DNA of 51,964 nucleotides, filler included, from Sphacelaria rigidula (GCA_964200075.2; 4 parts of 4 records of this genome joined end to end with filler, not necessarily neighbours in it), one strand, 5' to 3'; numbered from the whole stretch's first letter, positions 13,019 to 26,035 are shown. Numbers and translations: made by a program. The notes: generated from the sequence alone by a model not told the origin.

Positions 13019-13790
13019 CACAGGTGTTGCGACTTCGGTGCATGTTACCGTGACCACCTCTGAGCAGACGGGAGTGCGTGCGGTTGAGCAACGAAAGATA
13101 GCTATGATCCGGTTTGCCTGCCGTACTGCCGACAGCGTCGCATGAAAGCCCCAAGACTCTTGCTGTCGGCGGTTGATGGCGCGGGTCTCGAATCCAACGA
13201 CATGCGGTTGATCGTAGAGCACTCTCGTCTCTCCTCCCAACTTGTAATAATCCATGATCTCCTGACATCGGAACAATTATTAATTATGGGAAGCTACTCG
13301 TACTGTACCGAGCTGTTCACGCGACCAGCGTGTGCTCCAGATTCCAACACGGATGCACCCCTCTGCACCACGCTAGCAACAGTTAGGTCACCACCATAAT
13401 AGGTATTTTTTTTCACTCCGCATGTCAAAAAGGTCTCCACAAGTGTTTGATCTCTCATACACCCTCCTATCTGGCGTGTGGCACGCTCTTCTGCTCGGGC
13501 GCCTGGTTAGGGGGAGGTCGGCGAAAATCAACGATGAGTAACACCCCCTAAGTTCAAATTGGATCTATCTGTTGTTTTTGCCGCAGCACTGCCCTTGCTG
13601 GCATATGTGTGTGACAGAGAACAGTAGTAGCGGTGACGGGAACATTGCCCTATTTTGCAACGACATGTTTTTCAGCGCACAGAGGCGCGTCCTGTCCAAA
13701 AGGAGAGGCAGAGAGAAATCGATCTTCGCGTTCGTGAGCTCGACAGGAAATAAGAGACGGAATCTCTCCGCACGTCGATGTTCTGGCACA
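13019..13790. repeat. Long repeat homologous to the arms of the 45130-46526 foldback element
   Basis: Reverse complement aligns with ~45130-45865 (e.g. gcacccctctgcaccacgctagcaacagttaggtcaccaccata); same orientation as 46280-46526. Confidence 0.85.
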
Positions 13791-14235
13791 TGAAAAAATT
13801 GGCACATGCTGGTGTAATAACATCGACGATGTCAGTTTCTCGAGCGATTGGTAATCGCCGAGCGAGGACACACAAAGGACACGGGCGAGGAGCTTCCTCT
13901 CTGTCGTTACTTCTCCCTCAGGTGATATCGTCATCGACACGCGTGTACACCGCATTCGTTAGGTGCACCTAGCCACAGCTGCTTAACTACTGCAGACATT
14001 TGGAGGGGCGGATGACTTCGTTCGGCCGTAAGTGTTTCGCGTCTCTCCTGCGAAAGAGAAATGGCACTTCAACCTCATTTTTTGAATGAACCCCATTTTC
14101 CAGGATCCACTGTTAGCAGCAACTGCTGTGTGTCCAGCTGCCCCTTGGAGCAAGATGCGTTTAGTTTCTGTTTGACGAAGTTTTCCCCCACACAACGAAA
14201 CTATCAGGGGTTATAGAGTGGGGAAAACTGTGAAA

Positions 14236-14320
14236 AAAAAAGTCGCAAAAATCGATTCGCAGAATCAAGTCGCAAAAATCATGTTGCAAAAATAAAGTCG
14301 CAAGAATCGAGTCGCAAAAA
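14236..14320. repeat. ~14-bp tandem repeat (AATCGAGTCGCAAA-like) x6
   Basis: aagtcgcaaaaatcgattcgcagaatcaagtcgcaaaaatcatgttgcaaaaataaagtcgcaagaatcgagtcgcaaaaa. Confidence 0.75.
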
Positions 14321-16483
14321 GACGGTTCGTCAAATTTTTACCCGGAGCAGAAACCAAGTTCACTTCGTGAAATTGGAAAATTGGATTTCAAGACTGACTA
14401 CATACTACTCGGAAAATTTTGCGTTGGGTTTTTTGTCAGCAAACTGTTTTTGTACACGTCAGAAATTTTCCCCGAAAGGTCGAAAGCGTCTGAAAGAACG
14501 CCTGTTAACAACGAGCCTTATTGCTCCATAGTGCGCCGGGACACAAACGAAACGCGATGCCGGGGAGCACCGGTGAAGATGAAACTTGTGGAGGGCGTGT
14601 AAGATTACATTCTATGGGTTGTGATACGGTTGTTCAGCTCAGTTCGGCTCAAAAAACGTGCGTGGTTCGGAGCTTCGTAATGAAGGGCGGATGGACACCA
14701 AAAAGCGGACAAAAAAAGTGGGCCAACATAATCGGTGGGATATTTCTTTTTTGTCGAGTTTTCTTCACCCAGTGTTTCCACTCAAAGACTACCTTGAGTG
14801 CAACAATATTATATATTATGGGATGGACGGCTTCGTAGCAGATCAGCTTGTGTGCGACAATCAGTCGATCAACCGATCATTAACTTATCGCGAAAATTCA
14901 GCCTCTACCTCGGGCAGCGATTCAAGTCAACGATGTACTCACACTACAGTATACAACAAAAGAAAAGGGCTACAATATTTCCACCATGGGCAACGCTATC
15001 CACCCTGGCCCTCCGGCCTTTTGTCCTCAAACACTTGTACTTTTTACACCAATTGCTAGAATGAACACACCACTGTGTCCAGCTACTCGGCTCTCCAAAA
15101 AACAGTCGACAGCACGATTCCCCTCGACAGCACTATTCCCCCGCTCCTGTAACTTGAACAAAGCCGGGTAGTGCGCCTTTGCCGTACGACTAATCCAGAC
15201 CGGAGGTTCGTGCTAACGCTTTCGACCCCCGGAACAGCGACAAAGCGGTCGAATCACCGGCAGCCGACTGGCGTTTTTTTTTGTTGTTAATTGTATCGCC
15301 CGGATCCCCCCGCCAATTCCCAAATACAAATCGCAGCCCAAGCATCAACTTACGGTCTTCGCGCTTGCACTAAGGTTCGCAGCCTCGGTCACCGGGAGTT
15401 GGAGGTACTGCACGTCAACCCTCGAGGCATTCACAAAACGCAGGGAGCGGTATGACAAGCATCCAATTCGAGTACAACCAGGTGTATTCCCGCCTGTTTA
15501 GTCGACAGTCCAGCCAGAAGGTACGCAGACATTCTTTCTCTCACAGTCCTACGCCCGAACAAAAAACAATAATACATTGGGATGCCCGCGCTATATTTGT
15601 GAACGCCAGCACTCGGCCCGAATACAAAAGCATTGCCTTTTTTAACAGAGACTTCGCTTGTTAATTTCTCGACCGTGGATAAAATCACCGCAGTAAAACT
15701 TGGTGGACTAGTCGGACACAACAAAGGTAGTATGTGCACCGGAGAACAGCTCCTTTCGGCAACCGAGTAAATTGACCTAAGCGAATACCGATATACCGTC
15801 GATACGCCCTCAAAACGGTCATCTCACAGCGCAGGTTCTTTGCACTGTGAGTGAATGCATGTGTGGACATGGTTGTGTACTCATTTCCACATCATGAACA
15901 CCTGGGAGGGTGCAGTGCTGGCAAACAAACGCTGATCAGTACTGGCATACCCTCTGGATAATAACAATCTGTGGAAAGGTCATTCCGGTATCGCCTGTAG
16001 AGATGCTCAGCGCGAGGTTCACGGTCGTACGCGCGCTGTCGTCGCTACAGGGCGCTGAAACTTGGCCCACATGTCATGTGAATCACAATCAACAAGACCA
16101 TGTGTCTGGATCTGAGGCTGGGCGTTGCAACGATCCGCAAAAAGATTAAAACAGCTCAGACTATGTTCCGCATAATTCTTCTTTTTTTATATGGCGCAGG
16201 ACCAGACCACGTGATTATGCCCAAGTTTGGGGCATGAGTTTGCACGGATGGGGGATCCATTAGGATGAGGCACAGGACGCTACCTCCAGCGACTATTTTG
16301 CCATAGCAGTTCCGCGTACACAATCGGTAAGTGACCGCCTGGGATGGGTAGAGCGTAGGTCACTGAAGCTCCACGAGGTCCGTAATATCCTGTTTTGTGG
16401 CAGACGACGTGGGCGCAGGCGACCAAAAAATATGATGTGACGAACGCGGCTGGTGTTGATGGATACAAAACGTGGCGACGCGG

Positions 16484-16536
16484 GGTGTGAGTGTATGTGT
16501 GTGTATGTGTATGTGTGTATGTGCGTGTGTGTGTGC
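16484..16536. repeat. (TG/TATG)n microsatellite
   Basis: Seen directly. Confidence 0.85.
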
Positions 16537-16726
16537 TCGGTTTGCCATATACATGTCAGAAAAGCAGTAAAACGAAAAGCCTGATGAAAAGGCTCGCTCG
16601 TGGTACAATACGCTTGCGTGATACCTGATGCAAAATGCTGGAGAGGGTACATGTACACGGGGTAAGGAGGTAGTGCCGTACACACGGAGTTTCATCTGTG
16701 CTTTCAGAGAAGGAAAAAAAAAGCTG

Positions 16727-16825
16727 CGACTGATCGATTGGTTTGGTTTATTGATGGTCGCACATTAATATATCCACTACGAAGCCGGCTGTAGTCACAG
16801 CACAGGCGTGCCCAACGTGGTACAT
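16727..16825 (-). mobile_element. Orphan LINE/SINE 3' terminus
   Basis: Reverse complement gactacagccggcttcgtagtggatatattaatgtgcgaccatcaataaaccaaaccaatc matches the shared terminal motif; a similar + copy lies at 14828-14885. Confidence 0.55.
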
Positions 16826-19194
16826 ACAGTAGTTTTCATCTGAAACAGGAGAGTTATGTAGTTTGTTCGTATTCGGCAATTTTCAATGTTTCTTCGCATG
16901 CTACCACTCATTCCAGCGACTGATCCCAACGTTTGGGAGTCAGGAGATACTAGGCATCCGCTCTACATTCCGGAAGAAAAATAGTTTCTGCGCTCAATAT
17001 TGAACGATTCCCGAGCTGACAGGGGGTGTTACTGACCGATTCTGGTCAAAAACACATTTCTCCTCGGCTCTAGCTCAATGAATAGATAAAAATAGAAAAA
17101 TAAGGGTCCGTAAAACCATTCATGAGAGTGATCGGAATTGGTTGACCCCCCGCCTCTGCTATGCAAAGCTCGGTTAGGCAATTTTCGTTTTTGAGTACTT
17201 TTGTGCATCTTCTCGTGCAGTATCCGTCCTTGGCGCTCAAAAGTCCTAGCGTCGATAAATATTGGCAAGGGAAGCAGGTCGTGCTCAGTACACAATCCTC
17301 GATCGGTGTTGTCGGGATGATACGGAGTAAGTACCTTGTCCATCAGAGGGTGTTATCGACCGTCACTGGTCCAAAAAATACAGTTTCTCGGCTCTAGAGC
17401 AATAAACAGGGAAAAATTGAAGAAAACAAACCATCCATTCAAAAACGATTGGGATTGTTTTAATCGAGCGAAAATACGGAAGGGTCAGAACCTGGGGTTG
17501 GGTAGTCCCAGGACCCCGAAAACCGGTCAGTCCGGAAGTCATTCAATAGTGAACGCAGAGGTGATCTTATTTCGGAATGTTGAGGGAATGCCTAGTATCT
17601 CCCGATAACTGTGGGGTCAAACGTTCACTGGGATCAGCGGTGGTACGTGAAACTACTGTCGGATATCCCCAACTAGGAAAAAAATACGACAATCTCTTGC
17701 TTCCGATGAAAACTACTGTAAATGGAAACAAACGCTCAAGGAAAGTTGCGAAAAGGGAAAAGATGAAAAGGAAGTAAGTTTCGTACATGATGGAATATCG
17801 ACGGAGGGATATGAGCCCTCACCCTCCCTGCGGATAGCAAAGTGCTCTGCCGATCAAGCTATTGTGCATCGGTGGTGTTGAGGGACACGGAGCTCAAGAC
17901 AGCGAGACACAAGAGATGTGGGAGAAGTGAAATGGGACGGGGGTGTATCCTCACATCCCATCTCGAACTGCGAACGAAAGGACAAGGATGAAGGGACCAT
18001 GAACCGGGAGACGTTAGCCCTGAGCTTGGTGTGTACATCGTCAAAAGTGGCGTGTACATAGTTCCATGACTCTTTGGCATTTCGAACTTACATTGTCCCA
18101 TCCTTCCGAGACGGGGACAGCTCTCAACGAGCGATCTTTCCGACATCCGAGGAATCTTCCTCGTGGCTAGAAGCTTCCCATGAACAGAATCAAGGTTCTT
18201 GGAGAGAACCGCAAGGCATGTTGGGTTCGCACAAGTGGGACTCACAGAAAGGAGAGAACTAAAGGGCAAACACACGACACCCCTTATGGGGCACAAAAAA
18301 AAAAAAAGCTCGCTTCCAACACGATAATGCGCTGGTACAAAAGAACTGAAACGAACCAGGGTTCGAAACGCACAGTCTCGTGGAGGAGGGGGATGATGAA
18401 GTTGCACTCGAGCTTGGGCAGAAAGGTGGCCTGTGTGTAAATGTCAAAAATGTTGGGCACAGAACCATTTCCCCTGTACATTTCTTGAAAACAAAGCCGA
18501 TCTACAACATAGACGGTCGCCTCCATATTGAGGCTTGGAATCTCCACGCGTCCCAACAGGACAGCAAGAATGAACTCAACAAAACTAAAAAAATGAATTT
18601 CACCAGTCGAGAACTGTTGCAGCTGCGCGTGCAAAATAAGCCCGATCGGAGAGCAAAATTTCGTCATCTCACCTGCATGCAGATTGGACAGAACGTCATG
18701 CATGAGCCGCATCTTGTGCACATGCACTGATGACCGCAGTCCAGGACCACGGTGTTGGTTGCCCTGTGGGTGAGGGTGGGGGGGGGGGGGAGGGGGGACC
18801 AGTGTTTCTCATAAATTGAACCCCTTTTTTTTACATTTTCAAAGTTTTAGGATCTTCAATGCGGGACAATTTGTACATTCAAGTCAACCGAGTCACAAAC
18901 AACTCCGATTTATTGCGTCAAACGTTAGATGCGTCCCTTTTCCTCCGGACGAGTCCGCACTCTCAGGGGCAGTGGAGCTTACGCTTTGGTCGGGAAAAAT
19001 GGTTGACAGGATGATTTCTAGATCTGAGAGTAAACACCTGTATCCGGATTTTTAGAGGGGCTGAATGCTCCTGGCTTGCCCAGGACGTGTTTTTGTCGAA
19101 ATCGGCGGCTGTGGCACGAATGTGAGGTCTACCATTGCACTCTATGCCTACAGCAACCTTTTCACCCCCCTTGCCCGAGGGCTCTCACATGCCT

Positions 19195-19260
19195 TGGGTC
19201 AGGGATGGGATGAGGGTTAGAGCTGGCGTCAGGGTTAGTGTTGGGGTTAGGGTCAGGGGT
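19195..19260 (+). repeat. Degenerate interstitial telomere-like (TTAGGG-type) hexamers
   Basis: gggtcagggatgggatgagggttag...gtcagggttagtgttggggttagggtcagggg. Confidence 0.5.
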
Positions 19261-19399
19261 GCGGTCCCTGCAGGGACAGGCCCGATTGGTTTTGAAAAAC
19301 GTCAATCTTGAGGTGATTTCAAGTACGGTGCGGTCCCCTAAGCACGCGGTCCTCCCACGCATTACATGCGGGGCCAAAGGTCGAACACCGCTGGCGCCT

Positions 19400-21522
19400 G
19401 GACTACACCTAGTACGTCAGCAAGCCCGCAGACTCCTCCGAAACGTCCTTGTGCCCCCCGAGATGAAATTGGACCATCGACTGGTCTCGGCCACCATCCG
19501 TCTCCTCGGACGGAGTGCACCAAACCGCCGCCCGAAACCGGGAGGCGGGGCTAGGGGAGTGCGTTTCGACCGCGAAGCCCTTACATCCGACCGAGGCTGG
19601 ATTGCAACTGTCTTCCAGGCCATTGTCGCCAAGCTCCCGAATACCACCAACTCCGCCCCAGTAATAGACGTCAACGACATGGCCTCCACCTTTGCCAATG
19701 CCCTGCGACAGATGGCCGCGGATTCCCTCCCTCGATGCCTGAAGAAATCCCAATCTAAAGGTTTGAGGGAGTCACCTTAGGCTCAGAATCGCCTCCAAAA
19801 GGCGTGGAATCTCAGGAAATGTGTATGGAAGAATCTGCGCGTCAACCCCAAAGACCCTGTCCTGAAGTAGGCGCTGAAGGTGATGGACAAAGCGTTCGAA
19901 GGGATGAAGGATGCTAAGCTGCAGAACTCAGTTCACGACTTCACAGTCCGGACAGCAGAGTTCGTCCGCAAGAAGGATCAAGCAGGATCGTACCAGCACA
20001 TCGGGTCCTTGGAAGTAAAAGAGAAGAAGGGGTGCGACTCGAACGTACATCAGGAGCGCGATTGGCGAGTTGTTGCAGGACAAACAAGCTATCCTGTAAC
20101 GGTGGGAGGAGTGGTTTGAAACACTTCTAAACGCAACCTCCGTTCGCTTCCTGAATGAAAAGATATGCCGCGTAGTCTGTCCCGGCATGACACCTCAGGG
20201 TCTCAGGTAAGCCTGGCAAAGAGTATGACGGCCACCGTAGATGTTCGGCATTCGGCCTCGTCGTGGCGAAAAGAAGACAGCCACCATGCACATGCGCTAC
20301 CCGAACATGGAGGCGGATGTGATCGAGATGGAGGCGGCGGGCCAAAGATACAAGCAAGTTGAGTCCCTCCTCTACCTCGACGGAAAAATCAGCAGCATCG
20401 GCGATGTCACTCCTGAGATTCACAGCGACATTGGCCAGGCCTGGATATGCTTCTACAAGTACAGCAGACTGGCTTACGACAACCCGTACATCCCGCTGGC
20501 CACCAAAGTTCGTCTCCTGAAGTCTAAAGTAATCGAGGTAATGTTGTACGGCTGCGTGACCTGGACGATCGCACACGACAAATTCGACTGAAGTGATTGA
20601 GGTTTCCTGCTGAGTTGCCTCAACAAGCATACCTCAAGCCACAGCGCCCCCGATTACAACATGCTGCTATACCACGAGGTCCTCGGAAGAACTAGCTGCG
20701 GGTGCATCGAGGCTACCTTGATGAGACGAATCCTCCTACACGCCGGCCGCGCTGTGCGCATGCACGAAGAACGCCTCCACAACATCGACATGCGTGGAGC
20801 GATCGTCGGAGGGAAGACGAAGGCAGGCCGACCAACAAGACGCCTTCAACACTTCCACGGAGTATCGTTCCAACTTTGGAATAAATATGACATCGTGGAC
20901 GCAGGCTATCCAGGACATGTTCGAATGATACCGACTCGTAGAGAAGGGGGCTAAGATGTACTGGTAGATGGCAGCCGGAACCGAAGCATCCCATGCAAAG
21001 GAAATGTTTGCGGTGCCACCACTAGACCAGTGCCTACCGAGGATCTCCTACCGAGGACCTCCGAAAAGTGTTCAGTAGCCCGTCGCGTAGTAAACTCGCA
21101 AGTGCATGTGCCGTCTTCAGAACAGCTTTGGTAGTTGTCTACTGAGGATGCCTGGATTGTTATTGAGCGGACTCTCGCTTGGTGGCCACGTTAATCCCCT
21201 CTTTGACATCTTTCTTTTATTTCTTCCCTTTTCCTTCCCTTTTCTTTCTGTATGCCTTTTAGCAGATCCGAGGGACTTGTTTTCTTTTTTTCACTGCGAT
21301 GAACTCGGGGAAGCCTATTTCTCATATTTTTTCTTGGCGTCTCTTCTTTTCTGTTTTTTATTTGAAGATAATTTGTGTGTTTTCTTCATTTATTCTCAGA
21401 AGAAATGATGCTCCCTGTCTTGTATGGAATGGCAGGGACGGTACTTAAAAGACGAACCCACGTCTGTGACCACGGGCTCGAGAGGTCGGACTAATGTGCA
21501 GAAATAACAACAACAACAATAA
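19400..21522 (+). mobile_element. RTE-like LINE, second subfamily; 5'-truncated, RT core deleted
   Basis: APE C-terminus (RRLLRNV..LDHRLVSATIRLLGR), then linker, then a jump near 20230 straight to the post-RT region (KKTATM..YLDG..VMLYGCVTWT). T-rich UTR and (AAC)n tail at 21503-21522. Confidence 0.85.
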
Positions 21523-21802
21523 TTGCTGCAGCAGAAGTTATTTGGCACACTGTGCTTCTCAAATTCCATCGGTAAAACTCAAAAACTCTTCGTGGATCGA
21601 ATCAACGTCGGGCAGCGTATTGAAATTCGAGGTGGCACAATTGGGTTACGATAGAAAAGAATATATCCAGCCATTTCCAACGTATAGAAAAAGTAGAACA
21701 ACCCAGCCCGATAACAAGAGAAGGGTGTTCGGCCGACCGCACAAAATGAAAGCGTCGTTTGATTGCGGGGCCCTTTGCAGTTTCCCCCCTCCCTACTGGA
21801 AC

Positions 21803-22788
21803 CACACCCCATGGGGTTGGCGTCGATTGGCAACGACGCTGTGAACACGCCACTCGTGGCGTAAGCTAGGCAACCAGGTTACGGGGGTTTTCCGCTCGTG
21901 TTTTGTTGCGGTTACCATGATGGTGGTCGAGTTGAAGCATATTGTGCGGGATCGGAGAACCTCAACTCCGCGCAAAGGTGATGGTCGTATTACGTAGTGT
22001 GTGAAGAGTAAGACAAGCATGAGGCAGTGTGTAAGCCATGGCTGTCTCTGGAAGTGGCGATACCAGAAAATGAAGTAATTCATCCCAGGCTGTCATCCAA
22101 CTGCAAGATAATCAGTACGCTTTGGGCCGAACAATTTTAGCAGGATGCAGCTCATGCTTCAGGCTACTCGCCGAATACATCACGACGCTTCACGCTAGGT
22201 GATTGATTGCGAGCCTGGTCCGGCGAAAACCCGGCGTGCTCCGTCCAGCCTTTTTAGGGATGCGAGGTCAACGTTCATATGACTACGGCATGCAGAATCA
22301 TGCGCACACCCCACGGAGATTGGTGTCGGTTGGCAACGACGCTGTAAAGCACGCCACTCGCTGCGTGAGCTAGGCAACCAGGCTACCGTTTCTTTTCTCG
22401 CTTGCGTTTTCTTTGCGGTAACCATGGTGGTAGTCGAGCTACATCATATCGTGCGGGGTGCATAACCCGAACTCCGGGCGAAGGGGATTGTCGTACCACA
22501 TAGTGTTCAAAGAGTGAGACATGCATGAGGCAGGGTGGAACCCGTGGCTGTCTGTGGGAGTGGCAATACCAGAGGGTGAAGCAACTCATTGGAGGCATGC
22601 AAGATAACCAGTACGCTTCAGGCCGAACAATCTTAGCAGGAGACACCTCACCCTCATGCGACTCGCCGAACACACCACGGCGCTTCGCGCTTGGTGAATG
22701 CCACCCTGGTCCAACGAAAACTCGACGTGCTCCGTCCCGGCTTTGTAGGGATACGAGGTTGACAGCCTTACGACCACGGCATGCAAGA
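21803..22788. repeat. Diverged tandem duplication, ~500-bp unit x2
   Basis: Units start at ~21803 and ~22306 (ttggcaacgacgctgt..cacgccactcg..gctaggcaaccagg) and both end in gac(t/c)acggcatgca. Confidence 0.85.
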
Positions 22789-23384
22789 GTATTAATACAC
22801 CCCCCCCCCCCCCCCCCCCCCCAAAAAAAAGGAATTTGAAAGTTCCCCAACCCCCGCCCCGATCGCCCAGGCAAAAAGAAAGCTCAGGAAAAATGATTCA
22901 CTTCATTTATTTCGTCGTATTTCTAACCCCCCCTCCCCTACCCAGATGATGGCAACAGACGGCAATCAAGAACGGAGATCAGACATGTAAAAGGTGCGTG
23001 TTTTTGTATTGGAAAAAACTTCACGAGCGCCTAAATATTGGATGTATCTCTATGAGGAGTAGGAGCGGTGCTTCGTCTCGCAAGGGATGTGTGGCCAATG
23101 GTCACACGACTAAGGCGAGCAACAAATGAGTACGCCTCCCCCCCCCCACTACCCCTTCCCCCCGCCCCTCGGGACGAGTCCGTAGGACTCAAGGGATCAA
23201 TCCAACTCTCATTCGGTACACGGTTCGCACATTCTGTTACCGAGCAATGGGTGATGACCCGTACTTCCGCAGCCCGTCAACTATGATCAAACTATTCCAC
23301 CAACTCTTGTTCTCGCAGCTGTGGGCGATGAACAAAAACAAGTTGAGAAAGTATAAACAAGACTCTACGGTGTAGACGGGATTC

Positions 23385-24646
23385 GATTCTCTCAATCTAC
23401 CTAACGCCCAGCTATCCTTGAAAAATCCGACCGCTGAAAGCGGAGGTGGTAAAAGCTCCGTTGTACGGATGTGCCACATGGACGTTACGTTCTGAGGCCT
23501 TCCGACAGTCTGCGCGGTGTCTTTCCAAGCTTTTGCTACGAGTGGTTGGATTCCGCAGGAAAGACCGAAATCGCGACAAGACTCTTTCGTACAGAGCGGT
23601 GCTCGAGATGACCAACTGCGAACGTATCAAGACGACTATCTACAAACGTTAACCCTGGATCACGGGAGCCCTTGTCCGGCAGAAGGAAACACGCCTTCCC
23701 AAACGCATCATGAACGGACGGCTAACCGCACAAGGGTCCATGGAGGCTGGCCGCCCCCCCGAACAAGGGGAGGAAATTTTCCGGGAGACCCTACGTGCCC
23801 CAGGGGCTGTTCCGCAGAAAAAGAGCGCGAAGAAAATGGTTCGTCTGCAGCGTAGAGGCTAACGATGCATACGATTGGGTCACTGCGGCGAAGAACATGG
23901 GCAAATGGTATCTTGGAGTCGAAAAAGGAGGGGGAGAGTTTGAGGACACGGTGCGACGCGAAGACAAACCAGAATCAGACCGCCGTCGCAAAGGAGAGGC
24001 TGCTGCGTCTGGAGCCGCCAATCGGAGAATCCTGTCTGCCCCTATCGGGTGTTGATTGTGTCCTTGGTCGGTGGTTCTGCGGTGCCCCCCGCTGTGTGTC
24101 TGTACCTGCTCCGCTGCTCTAAATTATTTGGGCTTCACCGTTTCTGTAGTCTCCTTATTCTCTGCTCCCCCTTCCCGATCCTTCTCGCTCTGTATGTGTT
24201 TGTTCCTTTCGGTGTATGCCAGAGCAGTGTGGTGCCTCGCTTCCGTAGGGTCCATGGGTGAGAGGTACCATGAATTTACCCAAAAGAATACGGTCGTAGT
24301 AGATGAGTCATAATCTCTCCCCTCGACCTTTTGTTTTCTACGATTTGGGAACTGTGTGAGTGGGGCTTCTGCGCAAGACCTTATCCACCGAAGCCATGTG
24401 GCAGAGCCCAGCCATTTCTTCTTTTTGTTTCTGTTGTCGTATTTCCTTCTTTTTTGTTTCTTGGTCTACTCCGTTGGCCTGTTCTATCTTTCCTGTTTAT
24501 TTCTTCATTTTTCTTCAACAAGCGTTTCAGTTTTGTTTCTCGTCTCGGGTGCGTCTACCATGTGGATAATGACCACGGCTGGATCATGACTACCTGGGAG
24601 ATCAGTTCAAGTGCGACAATCAATCAACCAATCAATCAACCAAATC
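23385..24646 (+). mobile_element. 5'-truncated RTE-like LINE, same subfamily as 150-4105, with intact 3' end
   Basis: Collinear with 3345-4060 (LYGCATWTLRSE, KTLSYRAVLEMTNCERI, AANRRILSA.IG). (AATC)n tail at 24618-24646. Confidence 0.92.
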
Positions 24647-24696
24647 GAATCAAAACTCCATCACCTCGCGTGTCCGCTACCGGTTTGGCCACTGAC

Positions 24697-24734
24697 CGTG
24701 GGGCGGTGGGAGAGGAAGAAGAGCGTTCGCTGTC
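24697..24734 (-). CDS. Putative RING-gene exon (R-TANALLPLPPPH), atypical
   Basis: CAG/GT boundaries, in frame with the 24878 exon; resembles N.LLLPC.H but lacks the Cys. Confidence 0.4.
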
Positions 24735-24877
24735 CTGGAGAGTCAACGGCGAAAAATCTTGAGATATGGTTGAACTGTAACGCGATCATACATCCCCCCA
24801 CCAGTTTCATATTTGGCAAAGGCTTACTGCGCATAGAGCAACTGGAATTATTCAACAACAACAACAAGAAGACGCAC

Positions 24878-24948
24878 CTGTCCCAACATATTTTGCAGGT
24901 ACGACTGTCACTCTGCGCCTCCTGAGCCTTGTCTGCCCGCTTTCGGAC
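24878..24948 (-). CDS. Putative C3HC4 RING-finger gene exon (VRKRADKAQEAQSDSRTCKICWDR)
   Basis: tgttttcag acceptor and GTGCGT donor. CKICWD is typical of the start of IAP-like C-terminal RINGs. Confidence 0.6.
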
Positions 24949-25136
24949 CTGAAAACAGTGGGCCAGAACGTGTAGGTTTCGCGGGCACAGGACGGCTTTA
25001 TTTTCGTTACAACAGCACACAGCACAGAGTACGAAACCTCTGGGTGATGAAACGCTCTTCACTATTTTCGGCACCATGGCGGGTCATTGGGGGTCCCACC
25101 ATAGTGCGGTGCGTTGCAAACGTCGTATGAGCGCAC

Positions 25137-25193
25137 CATTATGGGATCCCGCAGCATAGCGGCTTGGGCTTGTGACAAGCGATTTTGACAGCT
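25137..25193 (-). CDS. Putative upstream exon of the RING gene (SCQNRLSQAQAAMLRDPIM)
   Basis: CAG acceptor, GTGCGC donor, 57 nt, phase 0-0, helical composition. Confidence 0.4.
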
Positions 25194-25935
25194 CTGTGGT
25201 GGGACACCCACCGTACCTACAGCACGACACAATGGTTACGTTGTATACCACCCCTCCCCTGAATACCACCCCCACCCCCTGAATACCACCCGCGAGTGAC
25301 GAAGGGCTCGAGTCCCAAAAAATCATCGTCCGCGGGAGTTATGCCGTGTCACCTATCGTAATACGCGCGCTCGATATTGCAGCCAACTTTTGCTCGAGGG
25401 AGATCCTCCGTAGGGGCGAAGTCGAGTTGGGATGAAAAATGATGGTGTGTTTCTTGCTGTGCACCCATGTGTAACCCCCTTTTGACCAACGTAACCGGGC
25501 AGTTTACCGTTTTTAGCCAAATATCCCCATCATAAGCTCACGGCAAGACTGCGTCTACTCTTTGATGATAACATGCTGGTGACGAAATGCCAGATTCACC
25601 TGGATGCACTTAGTTGCGCAGAAATCAGGCCACGGTGGCACACGACGTAAAACTGTGCGCCCGACTAAAGTCGAGCATTAAAAAAAAGAAACGTTATGCG
25701 AGGTATGTATGACCCGAAACACATTCTCATCGAACATTTTCTTACCAAACAATCAATTCATGTTCCTCTGTCGATGACAACGGCCTCACACTATTTTCTG
25801 CACGCGTCTCATCGGTTCAAAACCGTGCACACGTCGGAAAACTCATCTGACACCTTCGACGACGATAGCCCCCCCCCCAAAAGTGCATGGTTTTGCGAGG
25901 CAAAATCTTCACGTAAATCGAACTGGGAAAAGCCA

Positions 25936-26035
25936 NNNNNNNNNNNNNNNNNNNNNNNNNNNNNNNNNNNNNNNNNNNNTTAATTAATTAANNNNNNNNN
26001 NNNNNNNNNNNNNNNNNNNNNNNNNNNNNNNNNNN
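25936..26035. other. Artificial contig linker
   Basis: N44-TTAATTAATTAA-N44. Confidence 0.98.

Noticed and set aside
15070..15282. SRP/7SL RNA (ccagctactcgg, gccggg, oligo-T end)
   Set aside because: Motifs out of order and no helix-8 consensus.
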